Made by a program: the position numbers and the translations under genes
Notes under the pieces: model-generated
Databases searched by the model: none
What the model was told of the DNA's origin: nothing
What the model saw: only the letters and a program-made list of their open reading frames with translations
Shown: positions 37,857 through 48,721 of the stretch, one piece after another
Position numbering within the stretch: the first letter of the stretch is position 1
Layout: each line of letters starts with the position of its first letter
DNA from: Synergistota bacterium
GTDB taxonomy: Bacteria > Synergistota > GBS-1
Direction: 5' to 3'
Assembly: GCA_025060595.1 (NCBI GenBank)
Contig: JANXBX010000001.1
Span: 20,459 to 84,458 of the forward strand
Length of the DNA stretch: 64,000 bases

Positions 37857-39262
37857 CCCCTTAGAAATCTTAAAACCTCATCAGAAACCTTCCCATCACG
37901 AACGTCCCTCATAGAGGACTCTATTACATCCAGAGCTCTTTCTAGTTCCTCTTCTTTTATTGTCAAAGGCGGGGCGATTCTTAAAACGTTTCCTCCCTTA
38001 CCAAAGGTTACCAATATAAGTCCCTTCTCCCAAGCCCTCCAACAAATCTTAAGAGCTGTATTCCTATCGGCCTCTTTTTTATCCCTATCTTTGACTATAT
38101 CTATACCTATTAAGAAGGCCACTCCTCTTACATCACCTATGAAACCAAATTCATCTTTCATCCTATTAAATTCATCTAAAGCTCTCTTCCCAAGCTTATT
38201 CGCCCTTTCAAGAAGGCCTTCCTCTTCCACAACTTCAATCGTAGCCAGAGCTGCTCTTGCATTAACAGCATGTCCACAATGCGTGAAAACAAAAAGTGGT
38301 GGAGGAACACTTTCTATTATATCCTCTTTACCAATAGTAGCCGAAATAGGCATACCTCCTCCCAAGGCTTTTGCAGTAACTATAATATCCGGAACAACAT
38401 CGAAATTCTCTATAGCCCACCACTTACCTGTCCTTCCTATACCGGTCTGGACCTCTTCATCCACTAAAACTATTCCATATTTATCGGCTAAGTTTCTTAA
38501 GCCTACGATAAATTCTTTAGGAGGAATAACTACCCCAGCATCTCCCTGCATGGGTTCAAAAACTATAGCAGCAACGTCACCATCAAGTTCCTTAATTTTG
38601 CTTTCGATTTCCTCCAAAGCTTTAGAGCTCAAGACCTTAGGATCCTTGTATCCATCGATATTCCAAATATTTCTATAGGGATCAGGATATTCGACGAAGT
38701 GAACATCAGGTATAGGGAAAACCTTTCCTCTAACCTCAGGTTTAACTATACCTGTTAAAGACAAGGAACCATAAGTTGTACCATGGTAAGAATCCCTGAA
38801 AGCTATAACCTTTCTCCTACCTGTATAAGCCCTTGCAGCCTTAATTGCAGAATCGACCCCATCAGAGCCAGAAAACCCAAAGGTAACCCTCTTCTTGAAA
38901 TTACCAGGAGTTATCTGAGCAAGCTTTTTAGCTAACTTAACGGGTGGCTCCTCATAGAGATAAGCGATAGTGTAGTTTAAAACTTTCTCCACCTGATCCT
39001 TTATAGCTGCTACTACCTTAGGATGCCTGTGCCCTACATTATAGACACAAGCGCTAGTTAAGAAATCTATATACTCGTTTCCATCCTTATCCCAAACTTT
39101 AGCACCCTCAGCTCTTTCAACACATAATGGATAATACTTAAGACCTGAAGCAGATGCTATATACTCATCAGAGTCTTTAACCTGCTTCAGATTCTCACTA
39201 ACCTTAATAGACACATACCTCTCTACATCTTCCCACCGCATAAGAACACCCCCCATAATCAA
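37850..39262 (-). CDS. Class III PLP aminotransferase (acetylornithine/GABA/omega-aminotransferase family)
   Basis: Motifs [16 protein letters not shown] and [13 protein letters not shown]. Confidence 0.85.
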   Translation of the reverse strand: MIMGGVLMRWEDVERYVSIKVSENLKQVKDSDEYIASASGLKYYPLCVERAEGAKVWDKDGNEYIDFLTSACVYNVGHRHPKVVAAIKDQVEKVLNYTIAYLYEEPPVKLAKKLAQITPGNFKKRVTFGFSGSDGVDSAIKAARAYTGRRKVIAFRDSYHGTTYGSLSLTGIVKPEVRGKVFPIPDVHFVEYPDPYRNIWNIDGYKDPKVLSSKALEEIESKIKELDGDVAAIVFEPMQGDAGVVIPPKEFIVGLRNLADKYGIVLVDEEVQTGIGRTGKWWAIENFDVVPDIIVTAKALGGGMPISATIGKEDIIESVPPPLFVFTHCGHAVNARAALATIEVVEEEGLLERANKLGKRALDEFNRMKDEFGFIGDVRGVAFLIGIDIVKDRDKKEADRNTALKICWRAWEKGLILVTFGKGGNVLRIAPPLTIKEEELERALDVIESSMRDVRDGKVSDEVLRFLRGW

Positions 39263-39386
39263 ACTTTTGATTAAAGCTCTTTTCTTACCCTCAATTCGCT
39301 ATCCTTATAATACCAAATAGCAACAAAAGAAACAAAGTAGATTAGCAAAAATGGGGAGGTTAAACCTCCCCATTTTAACCAAAAGC

Positions 39387-41072
39387 TTATTCATTAAGCA
39401 AAATAGCTCCCCTATTAGCTGAAGTAACGAGCTTAGCATACCTGGCTAAATATCCAGTTCTATACTTGGGAGGTGGCGGAGTCCAACGAGATAACCTTCT
39501 TTTTATTTCCTCATCAGAAACACGAAGGGTAAGCTTTCTATTTGGTATATCTATTTCTATTTCATCCCCATCTTCAACTATAGCTATGGGTCCTCCTCTT
39601 TGAGCCTCAGGGGAAATATGCCCTATAACCGCACCCCTACTTGCTCCAGAGAATCTTCCATCGGTAACCAAAGCAACGCTCCCATCAAGTCCCATTCCGG
39701 CAATCGCAGAGGTAGGTCCAAGCATCTCCCTCATTCCAGGGCCACCCGCTGGTCCCTCATATCTAATTACAACTACATCTCCTTCTCTAATCTTTTTACC
39801 ATATATAGCTTCTATGGCTTCCTCCTCAGAATTAAAAACCTTCGCCTTACCTACATGATAAAGCATCTCCTTCTTTACTGCAGACTCCTTAACCACAGCG
39901 CCATCAGGAGCAAGATTCCCCCAAAGTATAGCAAGTCCACCTCTTGGACTATAAGGATCTTCAACGCTTCTTATGACACTCCTATCAAGAACCTCTGCCT
40001 TCTTTATAAGTTCCCCCATAGTCACTCCCATAACAGTTAGTGCATCAAGATGAAGAAGGCCAAGCTTTGAAAGCTCTTTTAATACCGCTGGTATCCCTCC
40101 AGCTCTGTTTAAATCCTCTACATGTTGTTTACTTGCAGGAGAAATCTTACATAAAGTTGGGGTCTTCTTTGAAAGCTCATCGAACTTAGACAAGGGAAGC
40201 TCTATACCAGCCTCATGTGCTATAGCGGTAAGATGCAAAACTGAATTAGTAGAACCACCAAGGGCAAGATCTAAAACTATAGCATTTTCAAAGGCCTTTT
40301 CTGTCATTATATCCCTTGCTTTTATACCTTTTTGCACCATTTCAACTACCCTAATCCCAGCCCTAAAAGCTATTCTCTTTCTTATTCCATCGAACCCAGC
40401 TGGAACGGTACCATTTCCGGGAATGGCCATACCAAGCCCCTCTGATAAACAGTTCATCGTATTAGCGGTAAACATTCCCGCACAGGAACCGCAGCCAGGA
40501 CAAGCAACCATAGCAAGACCCTCAAGATCTTCCTCCGTTATTTCTCCCTTCTTTTGTTTTCCTACCCATTCAAAAACAGTAGAAAGATCTACACTTTCCC
40601 CCTTATACAAGGAGGAAAACATAGGGCCACCGCTAACTATAGCTGCAGGAATATTAAGTCGAGCAGCAGCCATAAGCATTCCGGGTATTATCTTGTCACA
40701 ATTGGTGATAAGAACAACACCGTCAAACTGATGGGCATTAACCATAAGCTCTATAGAATCAGCAATAACTTCCCTTGAAGGAAGAGAACTTTTCATTCCC
40801 TCATGACCCATGGCAATTCCGTCACATATACCTATAACAGGGAATTCTACGGGTGTCCCACCAGCATACATTACCCCTCTTTTTGCAGCATAAGAAATAA
40901 GATCAAGATGAACGTGTCCAGGGATAATTTCGTTTGCAGCATTAACGATACCTATAATTGGCCTTTTAAGCTCCTCTGGAGAATACCCTAGAGCATAAAA
41001 AAGCGACCTATGAGGAGCCCTTTCAACCCCTTCGACCACCTTTCTACTTCTTAACATTAGAATCACCCCCAT
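39387..41072 (-). CDS. ilvD: Dihydroxy-acid dehydratase
   Basis: ILVD/EDD signatures [27 protein letters not shown] and [12 protein letters not shown]. Confidence 0.9.
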   Translation of the reverse strand: MGVILMLRSRKVVEGVERAPHRSLFYALGYSPEELKRPIIGIVNAANEIIPGHVHLDLISYAAKRGVMYAGGTPVEFPVIGICDGIAMGHEGMKSSLPSREVIADSIELMVNAHQFDGVVLITNCDKIIPGMLMAAARLNIPAAIVSGGPMFSSLYKGESVDLSTVFEWVGKQKKGEITEEDLEGLAMVACPGCGSCAGMFTANTMNCLSEGLGMAIPGNGTVPAGFDGIRKRIAFRAGIRVVEMVQKGIKARDIMTEKAFENAIVLDLALGGSTNSVLHLTAIAHEAGIELPLSKFDELSKKTPTLCKISPASKQHVEDLNRAGGIPAVLKELSKLGLLHLDALTVMGVTMGELIKKAEVLDRSVIRSVEDPYSPRGGLAILWGNLAPDGAVVKESAVKKEMLYHVGKAKVFNSEEEAIEAIYGKKIREGDVVVIRYEGPAGGPGMREMLGPTSAIAGMGLDGSVALVTDGRFSGASRGAVIGHISPEAQRGGPIAIVEDGDEIEIDIPNRKLTLRVSDEEIKRRLSRWTPPPPKYRTGYLARYAKLVTSANRGAILLNE

Positions 41073-41145
41073 TACTTAACATAATGGCGGGGTAGCTTTT
41101 CACCACCCCGCCAATTCATAAACACGTATGCTAACTAAAGCAGAT

Positions 41146-42192
41146 TTATGGTTTCGGCCAAACTGATCTAAACTTCTCCTTGAAACCATTATAAGATTCC
41201 AAAACCTTAGCGGTGAATGGATCTTTCTTCGCCTGTTCTGCATAATACTTATCAGCCTCTGCTATAAAGGCATCTTCTATCTCCTTAGGTAACTGAAGAA
41301 CCTGAATTCCAGCCTTACGGAACTTTTCCAAGGCCTCCAGGTCTGCCTTTACAGCCCTAGCATAGTAAGCAAAGGCTTCCTCGCTCCAAGCAGCTTCTAT
41401 AATGTTCTGCAAATCTTTAGGAAGTTCTTCCCATTTCTTCTTATTGAAGAAGAACGGATTCCATTCATAAGGATGCCTTACTGGAGAGAGATAGATGTAC
41501 TTTCCAGCCTCCTGAAGACCCATAGTCCAGTTAACAGCAGGACTCGCTACTTCATAAGCATCGATAACACCACGATGCATGGCCTCGAAAACCTCACCAA
41601 CAGGCATTAACGTACAGGCAGCTCCTAACCTATCTAAGATAGCCGCACCATCTCCAGCCGAGCGAATCCTCATTCCCTTAAGATCCGCAACAGTCTTAAG
41701 AGGTTTGTTAGTAGTAAGGAATATCTCTGGCGGTGCCATCTGACCAGCGCTTCTAAGTATCTGAACGTTATAATCCTTTACCATTTCTAATATAAGCTCA
41801 TGTCCTCCTCCTTCGAGAACCCAAAGTAAGGCTTCAGCTGGAGACATACCAGCGGGTTTAGCCGTAAATATAGGAGCTGCAGGCCACCTATCTCTATAGT
41901 ACATATAACAGGTATCAGCAAAGTCTAGAACCCCCCTATGAACTCCATCTAGTTCTTTAGTAGCTGGATAAATAGCTCCCGCTGGATTAACCTTAAGAAC
42001 CAACCTCCCACCACTTGCAGCCTCAGCTCTCTGACAAGCCCGTACTAAAGACTCATAGAAAACGTTTCCTGACGGCATACGAGATTGACCTGTAAAGGTA
42101 TAGACCTTCTGCTGCTGTGCATAAGCTAACCCGACAAAAAGAGCAACTATTAGGCAAACAACTACTATTAACCACCATACCCTTTTCTTCAT
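41146..42192 (-). CDS. TRAP transporter substrate-binding protein, DctP family (second system)
   Basis: 348 aa with a signal peptide and SBP fold. Confidence 0.8.
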   Translation of the reverse strand: MKKRVWWLIVVVCLIVALFVGLAYAQQQKVYTFTGQSRMPSGNVFYESLVRACQRAEAASGGRLVLKVNPAGAIYPATKELDGVHRGVLDFADTCYMYYRDRWPAAPIFTAKPAGMSPAEALLWVLEGGGHELILEMVKDYNVQILRSAGQMAPPEIFLTTNKPLKTVADLKGMRIRSAGDGAAILDRLGAACTLMPVGEVFEAMHRGVIDAYEVASPAVNWTMGLQEAGKYIYLSPVRHPYEWNPFFFNKKKWEELPKDLQNIIEAAWSEEAFAYYARAVKADLEALEKFRKAGIQVLQLPKEIEDAFIAEADKYYAEQAKKDPFTAKVLESYNGFKEKFRSVWPKP

Positions 42193-42221
42193 GACTCACC
42201 TACCTCCTCTCTTTAAAATTA

Positions 42222-43562
42222 CTAACGAGTAAACATCTTGCTTGGCAGCCAAAGAATTATCTGCGGGAAGGCTACACACAAGGCTAACCCAATCATTATC
42301 AAAACTATAAAGGGTATAACACCACGAATAATATGATTTGTCTCTATACCGAGTTCCGGTGGAGCTGTACCTTTAAGGAAAAATATAGCATAAGCAAAAG
42401 GTGGCGTTAAGAAGGACATCTGAAGGTTCACGCAAACCATCATAGCAAACCATATAGGATCAAATCCTAATTTTGCTGCAATAGGAGTAACGATAGGTAC
42501 AAGAAGGAGAACTATACCAAGCCAGTCTATGAACATGCCAAGGAAGAAAAGTATAGCCATTATTACAATAAATACTCCCCACTTTCCTCCAGGCGATTTC
42601 AGTATTAGGTTTCCTACCACATCACCGCAACCAGCCTTAAGAAAAACTCCTACAAAGGCAGAAGCCATCGCTAATATAAGGAAAACCATTCCGCTTAAGC
42701 GAAATGTATCAATAGCAACGCTTTTTAGTATCCCCCAACTAAACCTACGATAAGCTATAGCTAAAATGATGGCTGCAAAGCTTCCAACGGCCGCTGCTTC
42801 CGTTGGGGCTGCTATACCAAAAAATATACTACCAAGAACAGCTAAAATCAATATAACTGGTGGAACAAGAGAAACAAGAAGCATCTTAAGTTTCCTCGAT
42901 AAGGGTATACCTATGATTTCCTCAAGAGGGACAGCCGGACCAGCATCCTTGTTTATCAAACAGTAAATAAGTATGTAAAGACAATAGAGGAAAGAAAGTA
43001 AAAATCCAGGGAAAAACGCTCCAAAGAAAAGCTTACCTACGGAAATACCCGCAGCAGGTCCATAAACTACAAGCATTATGCTTGGAGGGATGAGAATTCC
43101 TAAAGTACCTGCAGCACAAACAGTACCACTAGCTAAAGCTTTATCATAGCCTCGCTTAACCATAGGACCTAAGGCAAGCAAGGCCAAAGCTGTAACAGAA
43201 GCAGCTATGACACCTACACAAGCTGCCAAAATCGTACCCATTAAAACGGTAGCTACAGCGAGCCCTCCACGCAATCTGCCAAGCAAGATATAAAGGGTCT
43301 CGAAAAGACTCTCCGTTATTCCAGATCGCTCAAGCATATTACCCATGAACACAAAAAGAGGAATAGCCAATAAAGTATAGTTAGTAATCTGAGCAAATAT
43401 TCGGCTATAATATAGCTCTATGGTGCTGGGAAGACCAAAAACCAAGGCTCCTAACGCAAATCCGACAGTACCTATACCTAAGGCAAATGGAAAACCGCTT
43501 ATAACTGCTAAGAAAACCCCTAAAAACATTAAGACAGTGATAGTCTCCGGAGTAAGAATCAT
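42222..43562 (-). CDS. TRAP large permease DctM (second system)
   Basis: 446 aa polytopic; DctM family. Confidence 0.85.
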   Translation of the reverse strand: MILTPETITVLMFLGVFLAVISGFPFALGIGTVGFALGALVFGLPSTIELYYSRIFAQITNYTLLAIPLFVFMGNMLERSGITESLFETLYILLGRLRGGLAVATVLMGTILAACVGVIAASVTALALLALGPMVKRGYDKALASGTVCAAGTLGILIPPSIMLVVYGPAAGISVGKLFFGAFFPGFLLSFLYCLYILIYCLINKDAGPAVPLEEIIGIPLSRKLKMLLVSLVPPVILILAVLGSIFFGIAAPTEAAAVGSFAAIILAIAYRRFSWGILKSVAIDTFRLSGMVFLILAMASAFVGVFLKAGCGDVVGNLILKSPGGKWGVFIVIMAILFFLGMFIDWLGIVLLLVPIVTPIAAKLGFDPIWFAMMVCVNLQMSFLTPPFAYAIFFLKGTAPPELGIETNHIIRGVIPFIVLIMIGLALCVAFPQIILWLPSKMFTR

Positions 43563-44065
43563 AACGACTCACCCTTTATCGCGTAATAAACATTACGAAT
43601 GAAAAAAGCAACCCCTTGAAGGAAAAACAATAAAAAGCCTATAAAGATTATTGTCCTTAAAGGATAAAGTGGAGGATAAACATATGTGGTTGCTGATGTT
43701 TCTTTAATAGAGATTGAGAAAACCATCCAAGAATAAGAAGAGGTAACCATCGTACCTATTAAAGGAAAGAAAAGAAAGATAGAACCTATAGCATCTATTA
43801 ACGCTCTCCCCCGAGGGGATAAACGAGCGTAGAGGATGTCAACACGAGTATGAGCATTCCGAAGAAGCACATAGCCCCATGATAAAACATACATGGCTGC
43901 TCCTGACATAATTATAAGCTCATACTCCCATGCAGTAGACTGATGAAGAAGGTATCTTCGAATGACACCTATAACTCCTATTAAAACTAAAACCGCAGCT
44001 AACCACCCAACTTGCATTCCTATCTTCTCATTAACAAGATCGATGAATTTAAGAATGCTTCTCAA
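43559..44065 (-). CDS. TRAP small permease DctQ (second system)
   Basis: 168 aa, 4 TM; gene order here is Q-M-P. Confidence 0.7.
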   Translation of the reverse strand: MRSILKFIDLVNEKIGMQVGWLAAVLVLIGVIGVIRRYLLHQSTAWEYELIIMSGAAMYVLSWGYVLLRNAHTRVDILYARLSPRGRALIDAIGSIFLFFPLIGTMVTSSYSWMVFSISIKETSATTYVYPPLYPLRTIIFIGFLLFFLQGVAFFIRNVYYAIKGESL

Positions 44066-44150
44066 ACAGAACCACCCCCTTTTTATACCCTAACCCCCAT
44101 ATCAAGCTGAACAAAAACCTTCACTTATACTAAAACCCAGTACACTATTC

Positions 44151-44180
44151 ATTATACACCTATGAAAATTATAGCGTCAA
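44151..44180 (-). promoter_or_regulatory. Sigma70-type promoter (TTGACG-18-TGTATAAT) for the dctQMP operon
   Basis: Minus-strand TTGACG at 44180-44175 and extended -10 TGTATAAT at 44158-44151. About 80-nt leader to the dctQ ATG, with AGGGGGGTGG Shine-Dalgarno. Confidence 0.45.
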
Positions 44181-44603
44181 GGTACAAATCCCCTTGATAC
44201 AAAAACTTTTTAAACACTAAATATCAGGATTACCACTAAAGCTTCTTCTAACATAATACCTAAAAAATTAATTCAGCATACCTATACAGGAGAATCTTGT
44301 CCCCATCTTTAATCCAGGGGGCAAAGGCGAGTGCCAAATTTATAAGAGCAGAGTAAAGAATATAGAAAACAAGATGGTGGTTGTCGACATTACTACACAT
44401 GAGATCCTAAGATACTTAAACCTGTAATAATTGATTCTGAAATACAGCTTTATGAAGATAAAGAAATGAATAACTATAGCAAGAGAAGCTCAGCGAATTT
44501 TTAATAAGTCAAAAAGAAGCTGTCAAAAGCTCAATAAAAAGAAGTTAAGAGAGGAACAACTAAAGAAATGGTGAAAATAAAGAAAGAGGGAAAGAACCAA
44601 GCA

Positions 44604-46046
44604 TTAACGCCTGTAAGTTTCAGGAAGGAATATAAGCAATATAGCGTAAAGCTCAAGTCTTCCAGCTACCATACAGAAGCTTAATAACCACTTAGCAAAC
44701 GGATTAAAGAAAGCGTAGTTTTCGGCAGGACCAACCCTTCCTAGACCAGGTCCAATATTTCCTAAGGTAGCTGCAACTGAAGCTATAGAGGTGATTAGGT
44801 CATATCCCATAGCAGCTATTACCAAAGACGATACAATAAAAACTAACATATAAATCATAAAAAAGCTTAAAACAGAATCAACCATGTTAGAGTGAAGCGG
44901 TTTACCATTTAACTTAATAGATATAACAGCTTCAGGATGAACTAACCTATAAAGCTCTTTCTTAAAAACCTTAAGCAAGATTAAAATTCTAACGTGTTTC
45001 ATGGCTCCTCCTGTAGATCCAGCGCACCCACCGACAAACATTAAAATCAAGAGAAGATACTGAACAAAGGGAGGCCATGATGAATAATCTGTAGTAACAT
45101 AACCTGTAGTCGTTAGGATAGAAACTATCTGAAAAGAGGCATAGCGAATAGAGTCTCCTATATTACTATAAGTTCCACTTAAATACAAAAACACCGTAGC
45201 AAAGACTACACCAACTAACACAAAACCTACATAAAACCTAAACTCATCGTCTTTAATAAACCCCTTTAGATCTCCCTTTAACGCGCGATAATGAAGAGCA
45301 AAGTTGGCTCCTGCTATGAACATAAAAGCTGTTATAACTATTTCAAAGTAAAGATTATTATAATAACCTATACTTTTATTAAAGGGTGAAAAACCACCTG
45401 TTGCAACAGTTCCAAAGGTGTGACACAAAGCCTCATATAAGTTCATACCACCCACATAAAGCAAGATGGTTTCAGCTGCCGAAACTATGAAATAAACTTC
45501 CCAAAGTATCTTTGCAGTCTCTCTAACACGAGGTTTTATCTTTTCCGCCACAGGACCCGGAACCTCAGCCTTAAAAAGGTGCATACCACCAACACCAAGA
45601 GCCGGAAGAATAGCAAGAGAAAGAACTATTATTCCCATACCACCAAGCCAATGAGTAAAATCTCTCCAAAAAAGTATCCCCTTGGGGAGAACTTCTATAT
45701 CTTTAAGTATACTTGCTCCTGTAGTAGTAAAACCCGACATAGACTCAAAAAAACAATCAACGTACTGCTCAAAAAATCCACTGAAGTAATAGGGAAGCGC
45801 CCCTAAAGCAGCACAACCCAACCACCCAAAGGCAACAACCCCAAAACCTTCCTTTGGAGTAAACTCCTCTCCTTTCTCCCCAAGAAGTATTAAAGAGCTA
45901 CCTGAAGCTATAGATACAAGAATAGCTTTAATAAAAGGAAAAGCACTTTCATTAAAATAATACGACCAAGCCATAGAAGGGATCATTGATAAACCTAAAA
46001 AGAGGAAAAGCCAGCCTACTGGATATGAAACAACTCTGAACCGCAA
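44604..46046 (-). CDS. trkH: Trk/Ktr-type K+ transporter membrane subunit
   Basis: 480 aa with repeated M1-P-M2 units (GFTTTGAS, TTTGY, LGNIGPGLG selectivity-filter glycines). Confidence 0.85.
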   Translation of the reverse strand: MRFRVVSYPVGWLFLFLGLSMIPSMAWSYYFNESAFPFIKAILVSIASGSSLILLGEKGEEFTPKEGFGVVAFGWLGCAALGALPYYFSGFFEQYVDCFFESMSGFTTTGASILKDIEVLPKGILFWRDFTHWLGGMGIIVLSLAILPALGVGGMHLFKAEVPGPVAEKIKPRVRETAKILWEVYFIVSAAETILLYVGGMNLYEALCHTFGTVATGGFSPFNKSIGYYNNLYFEIVITAFMFIAGANFALHYRALKGDLKGFIKDDEFRFYVGFVLVGVVFATVFLYLSGTYSNIGDSIRYASFQIVSILTTTGYVTTDYSSWPPFVQYLLLILMFVGGCAGSTGGAMKHVRILILLKVFKKELYRLVHPEAVISIKLNGKPLHSNMVDSVLSFFMIYMLVFIVSSLVIAAMGYDLITSIASVAATLGNIGPGLGRVGPAENYAFFNPFAKWLLSFCMVAGRLELYAILLIFLPETYRR

Positions 46047-46048
46047 CT

Positions 46049-47407
46049 TTAAGATTCTCCCCTTTCAGAAAACCACTCTGGAATTTCCTTAATCATTTCG
46101 CCCATCAAGAAAACCACAGCTTCATCTCCCTCTTCAAGTTTCGTTTCGCCTCGAGGAATTATAACATCCTCCCCTCTAACGATAGCTCCCACAAGAAAAC
46201 CCTCAGGTAACGGAAGATCACGCAATCTACCTTCCGTGATTCTCGCACCCTTACCAACTTTAACATCTACAACTCTAGCATTAGCTTCCTCAACCAGAGC
46301 AATCGATAAAATATCCTCTCGCCAAACATGCTTAAGTATACTACTTGCCGTAGCAAGTCTCGGGTTAACTATTGCATCGATCTTCTCAAGATAATCTACA
46401 AGCTTAACATAATCAGACTTTTTAACTAAAGCTATTCCCTTTTTGGCACCCTGGCTTTTTGCGAGAAGAACGGAAAGAAGATTCACTTCATCATTTTGAG
46501 TCAAAGAAACAAAACCATCTACTTCAGAAACTCCTTCTTTTTTAAGAAGAGCTAAATCCGTTCCATCTCCCTGAATTACCAAACTGGAAGAAAGACTATC
46601 TGCAAGCATACCACATCTTTCAGCACTCTTACTTATTACTTTCAAACCAGAAAAGCCATGCTCCTCTAACATCTTAGCAAGCCAATAAGTCGTTTCCCCT
46701 CCCCCAATAAGCATTATTTTCTTAGGCTTTTTCCACTCAGCCCCTAAATAGATGGAAAGCTTATAAAGATCCTCTCTCTTCCCTACTACAAAAACTTTAT
46801 CTCCAGCTTCTATTTTATTTCTACCATGCGGGATAAAAGCTCCACCACCACGTATAATACCTACTACTAAGAAAGTGCCATCAATCTCTTTAGATATCTC
46901 AACTAAGCTTTTCCCTAATGCAGGAGCATCACTTGAAACCCTAAGTAAATATACTACAACCCTACCAGAAGCAAACTCCATAACCTGAGATGCTGGAGGA
47001 ACCTGAAGCAGGTGAAATATCTCAGAGGCGACCACCCTTGTAGGGTTAATAATTAAATCTATACCTATTCTTTGAGCAACCATTCCTGTAGGTTCATCAT
47101 ACTCCAAAGTTTGAACTCTTGCTACAACTCTCTTAACGCCGAGCTGTTTAGCTATAAGGCAAGCTACGATGTTAGTTTCATCACTATCTGTAACGGCTAT
47201 AAGCATGTCAGACTCGCTAACTCCTGCTTCTTCAAGAACGGAAAGTTGGGAACCACTTCCTTGTATAGCAAGTACATCAAGTCTTTCTTGAATATCGGAG
47301 ATCCTTTTCTCATCTTTGTCTATAACCACAACATCATGTCCCTCATTGGAAAGAACCTTTGCAAGATTAAAGCCTACTTCTCCAGCACCCACAACTATAA
47401 CCCTCAT
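46049..47407 (-). CDS. trkA: TrkA K+-uptake regulatory protein (two RCK_N plus RCK_C repeats)
   Basis: Rossmann motifs VVGAGEVG and MLIGGGETTY. Confidence 0.85.
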   Translation of the reverse strand: MRVIVVGAGEVGFNLAKVLSNEGHDVVVIDKDEKRISDIQERLDVLAIQGSGSQLSVLEEAGVSESDMLIAVTDSDETNIVACLIAKQLGVKRVVARVQTLEYDEPTGMVAQRIGIDLIINPTRVVASEIFHLLQVPPASQVMEFASGRVVVYLLRVSSDAPALGKSLVEISKEIDGTFLVVGIIRGGGAFIPHGRNKIEAGDKVFVVGKREDLYKLSIYLGAEWKKPKKIMLIGGGETTYWLAKMLEEHGFSGLKVISKSAERCGMLADSLSSSLVIQGDGTDLALLKKEGVSEVDGFVSLTQNDEVNLLSVLLAKSQGAKKGIALVKKSDYVKLVDYLEKIDAIVNPRLATASSILKHVWREDILSIALVEEANARVVDVKVGKGARITEGRLRDLPLPEGFLVGAIVRGEDVIIPRGETKLEEGDEAVVFLMGEMIKEIPEWFSERGES

Positions 47408-48718
47408 CTAACGCCCCTCCTCATCTAAAGAAATAATAAGTTGAGCAAGCCTTAAGCCAATACTATCAACGAGCAATGGATCTTTCCCTTCAACCATAAT
47501 TCTAATGAGAGGCTCCGTTCCAGAGGGCCTTAAAACGACACGCAGACTCTTTTTCCAGCTTTCCGAAATCCTATTTAACTCCTCTTGAAGCAAAGCTGAT
47601 GAAATAATGCTGTTTTTATCTTTAACCCTTATATTCCAAATTCTTTGTGGGTAACGGGGAAAACTATCTATATAATGTTCAAGGCTCTCACCGAAGGTTA
47701 GTATCTTTATTGCTGTAACCATACCGTCACCCGTACAAACTTCAGGTCTAAAGATTACATGGCCTGAAGGCTCTCCTCCTAAAGGCAAATCCCTTTTTTT
47801 CACCTCTTCATAAACCCACCTATCTCCTACAGGAACCCTTATAAAGCCTATTTTCATGGAAGACAACACTTCCTCTAGTCCAAGGTTGCTCATTACCGTT
47901 CCAACCACAGCACTAGGCTTAAGTTTTGAAGCTGCAAGATAAAGAATCACATCCCCATCAGCTATCATACCTCGTGAATCAGAAAGCATAACCCTATCTC
48001 CATCACCATCGAAAGCAAAACCCAGATAAGCTTCTTCTCTCGCCACTGCCGATACCATCTCACCTGTAGAGGTAGATCCCACTCCAGCATTTATATTTAT
48101 TCCATCAGGTTCACAACCTACTTTTATAACCTCAGCACCAAGGTTTTCAAATACTAAGGGAGCTATCTCAAATAAAGCACCATTAGCAGCATCAACTACA
48201 ACTTTTAAGCCATCAAGTTTAAGACCCTTGGCTACTTTAAGAAGAAAAGGAACATAGTATTCCTTTGGATCTACCTTATAGAGCTTGCCCAAATATATCC
48301 CTGTTGGCAACCCCCAATCTTTTTCAAGCATCCTTTCTATCATTAATTCTGACTCAGGAGACAATTTCTCTCCAAACGAATTAAAAAACTTCACCCCATT
48401 ATACTCATAAGGATTGTGTGAGGCAGAAACTACTGCTCCGCCATCAGCTTTAAGCTCCCTAACTAAGAAAGAAATTCCTGGTGTAGATAAGATTCCAACA
48501 TCGATTACATCACAACCAGATGAAAGAAATCCTGCTATTAACGCAGAGATAAGAGCATAGCCACTTAAGCGAGTATCCTTACCAACTACCACTATAGGTT
48601 TCTCTTTACTCTCCTTAAGCAAAAAACCATAAGCTCTAGCTACTTTTAAAACCACCTCTGGCTTCATGTTTCCCGAGTTAGCTATATCTCTAATTCCATC
48701 AGTTCCAAAAAGCTCCAT
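47408..48718 (-). CDS. glmM: Phosphoglucosamine mutase
   Basis: Phosphoserine loop SASHNPYEYNGVK. Confidence 0.9.
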   Translation of the reverse strand: MELFGTDGIRDIANSGNMKPEVVLKVARAYGFLLKESKEKPIVVVGKDTRLSGYALISALIAGFLSSGCDVIDVGILSTPGISFLVRELKADGGAVVSASHNPYEYNGVKFFNSFGEKLSPESELMIERMLEKDWGLPTGIYLGKLYKVDPKEYYVPFLLKVAKGLKLDGLKVVVDAANGALFEIAPLVFENLGAEVIKVGCEPDGININAGVGSTSTGEMVSAVAREEAYLGFAFDGDGDRVMLSDSRGMIADGDVILYLAASKLKPSAVVGTVMSNLGLEEVLSSMKIGFIRVPVGDRWVYEEVKKRDLPLGGEPSGHVIFRPEVCTGDGMVTAIKILTFGESLEHYIDSFPRYPQRIWNIRVKDKNSIISSALLQEELNRISESWKKSLRVVLRPSGTEPLIRIMVEGKDPLLVDSIGLRLAQLIISLDEEGR

Positions 48719-48721
48719 ATT

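Noticed and set aside
44066-44603. ydaO-type c-di-AMP riboswitch near the cdaA-trk operon
   Set aside because: I looked for one because ydaO commonly controls K+ transporters. I could not recognise the conserved pseudo-twofold ydaO core by eye. The region is also downstream, not upstream, of trkAH.
44568-44684. 38-codon Lys-rich ORF with a plausible Shine-Dalgarno in the large intergenic region
   Set aside because: It overlaps the 3' end of trkH on the opposite strand and has no recognisable family. It is most likely a by-product of the purine-rich tract, though a small protein cannot be excluded.
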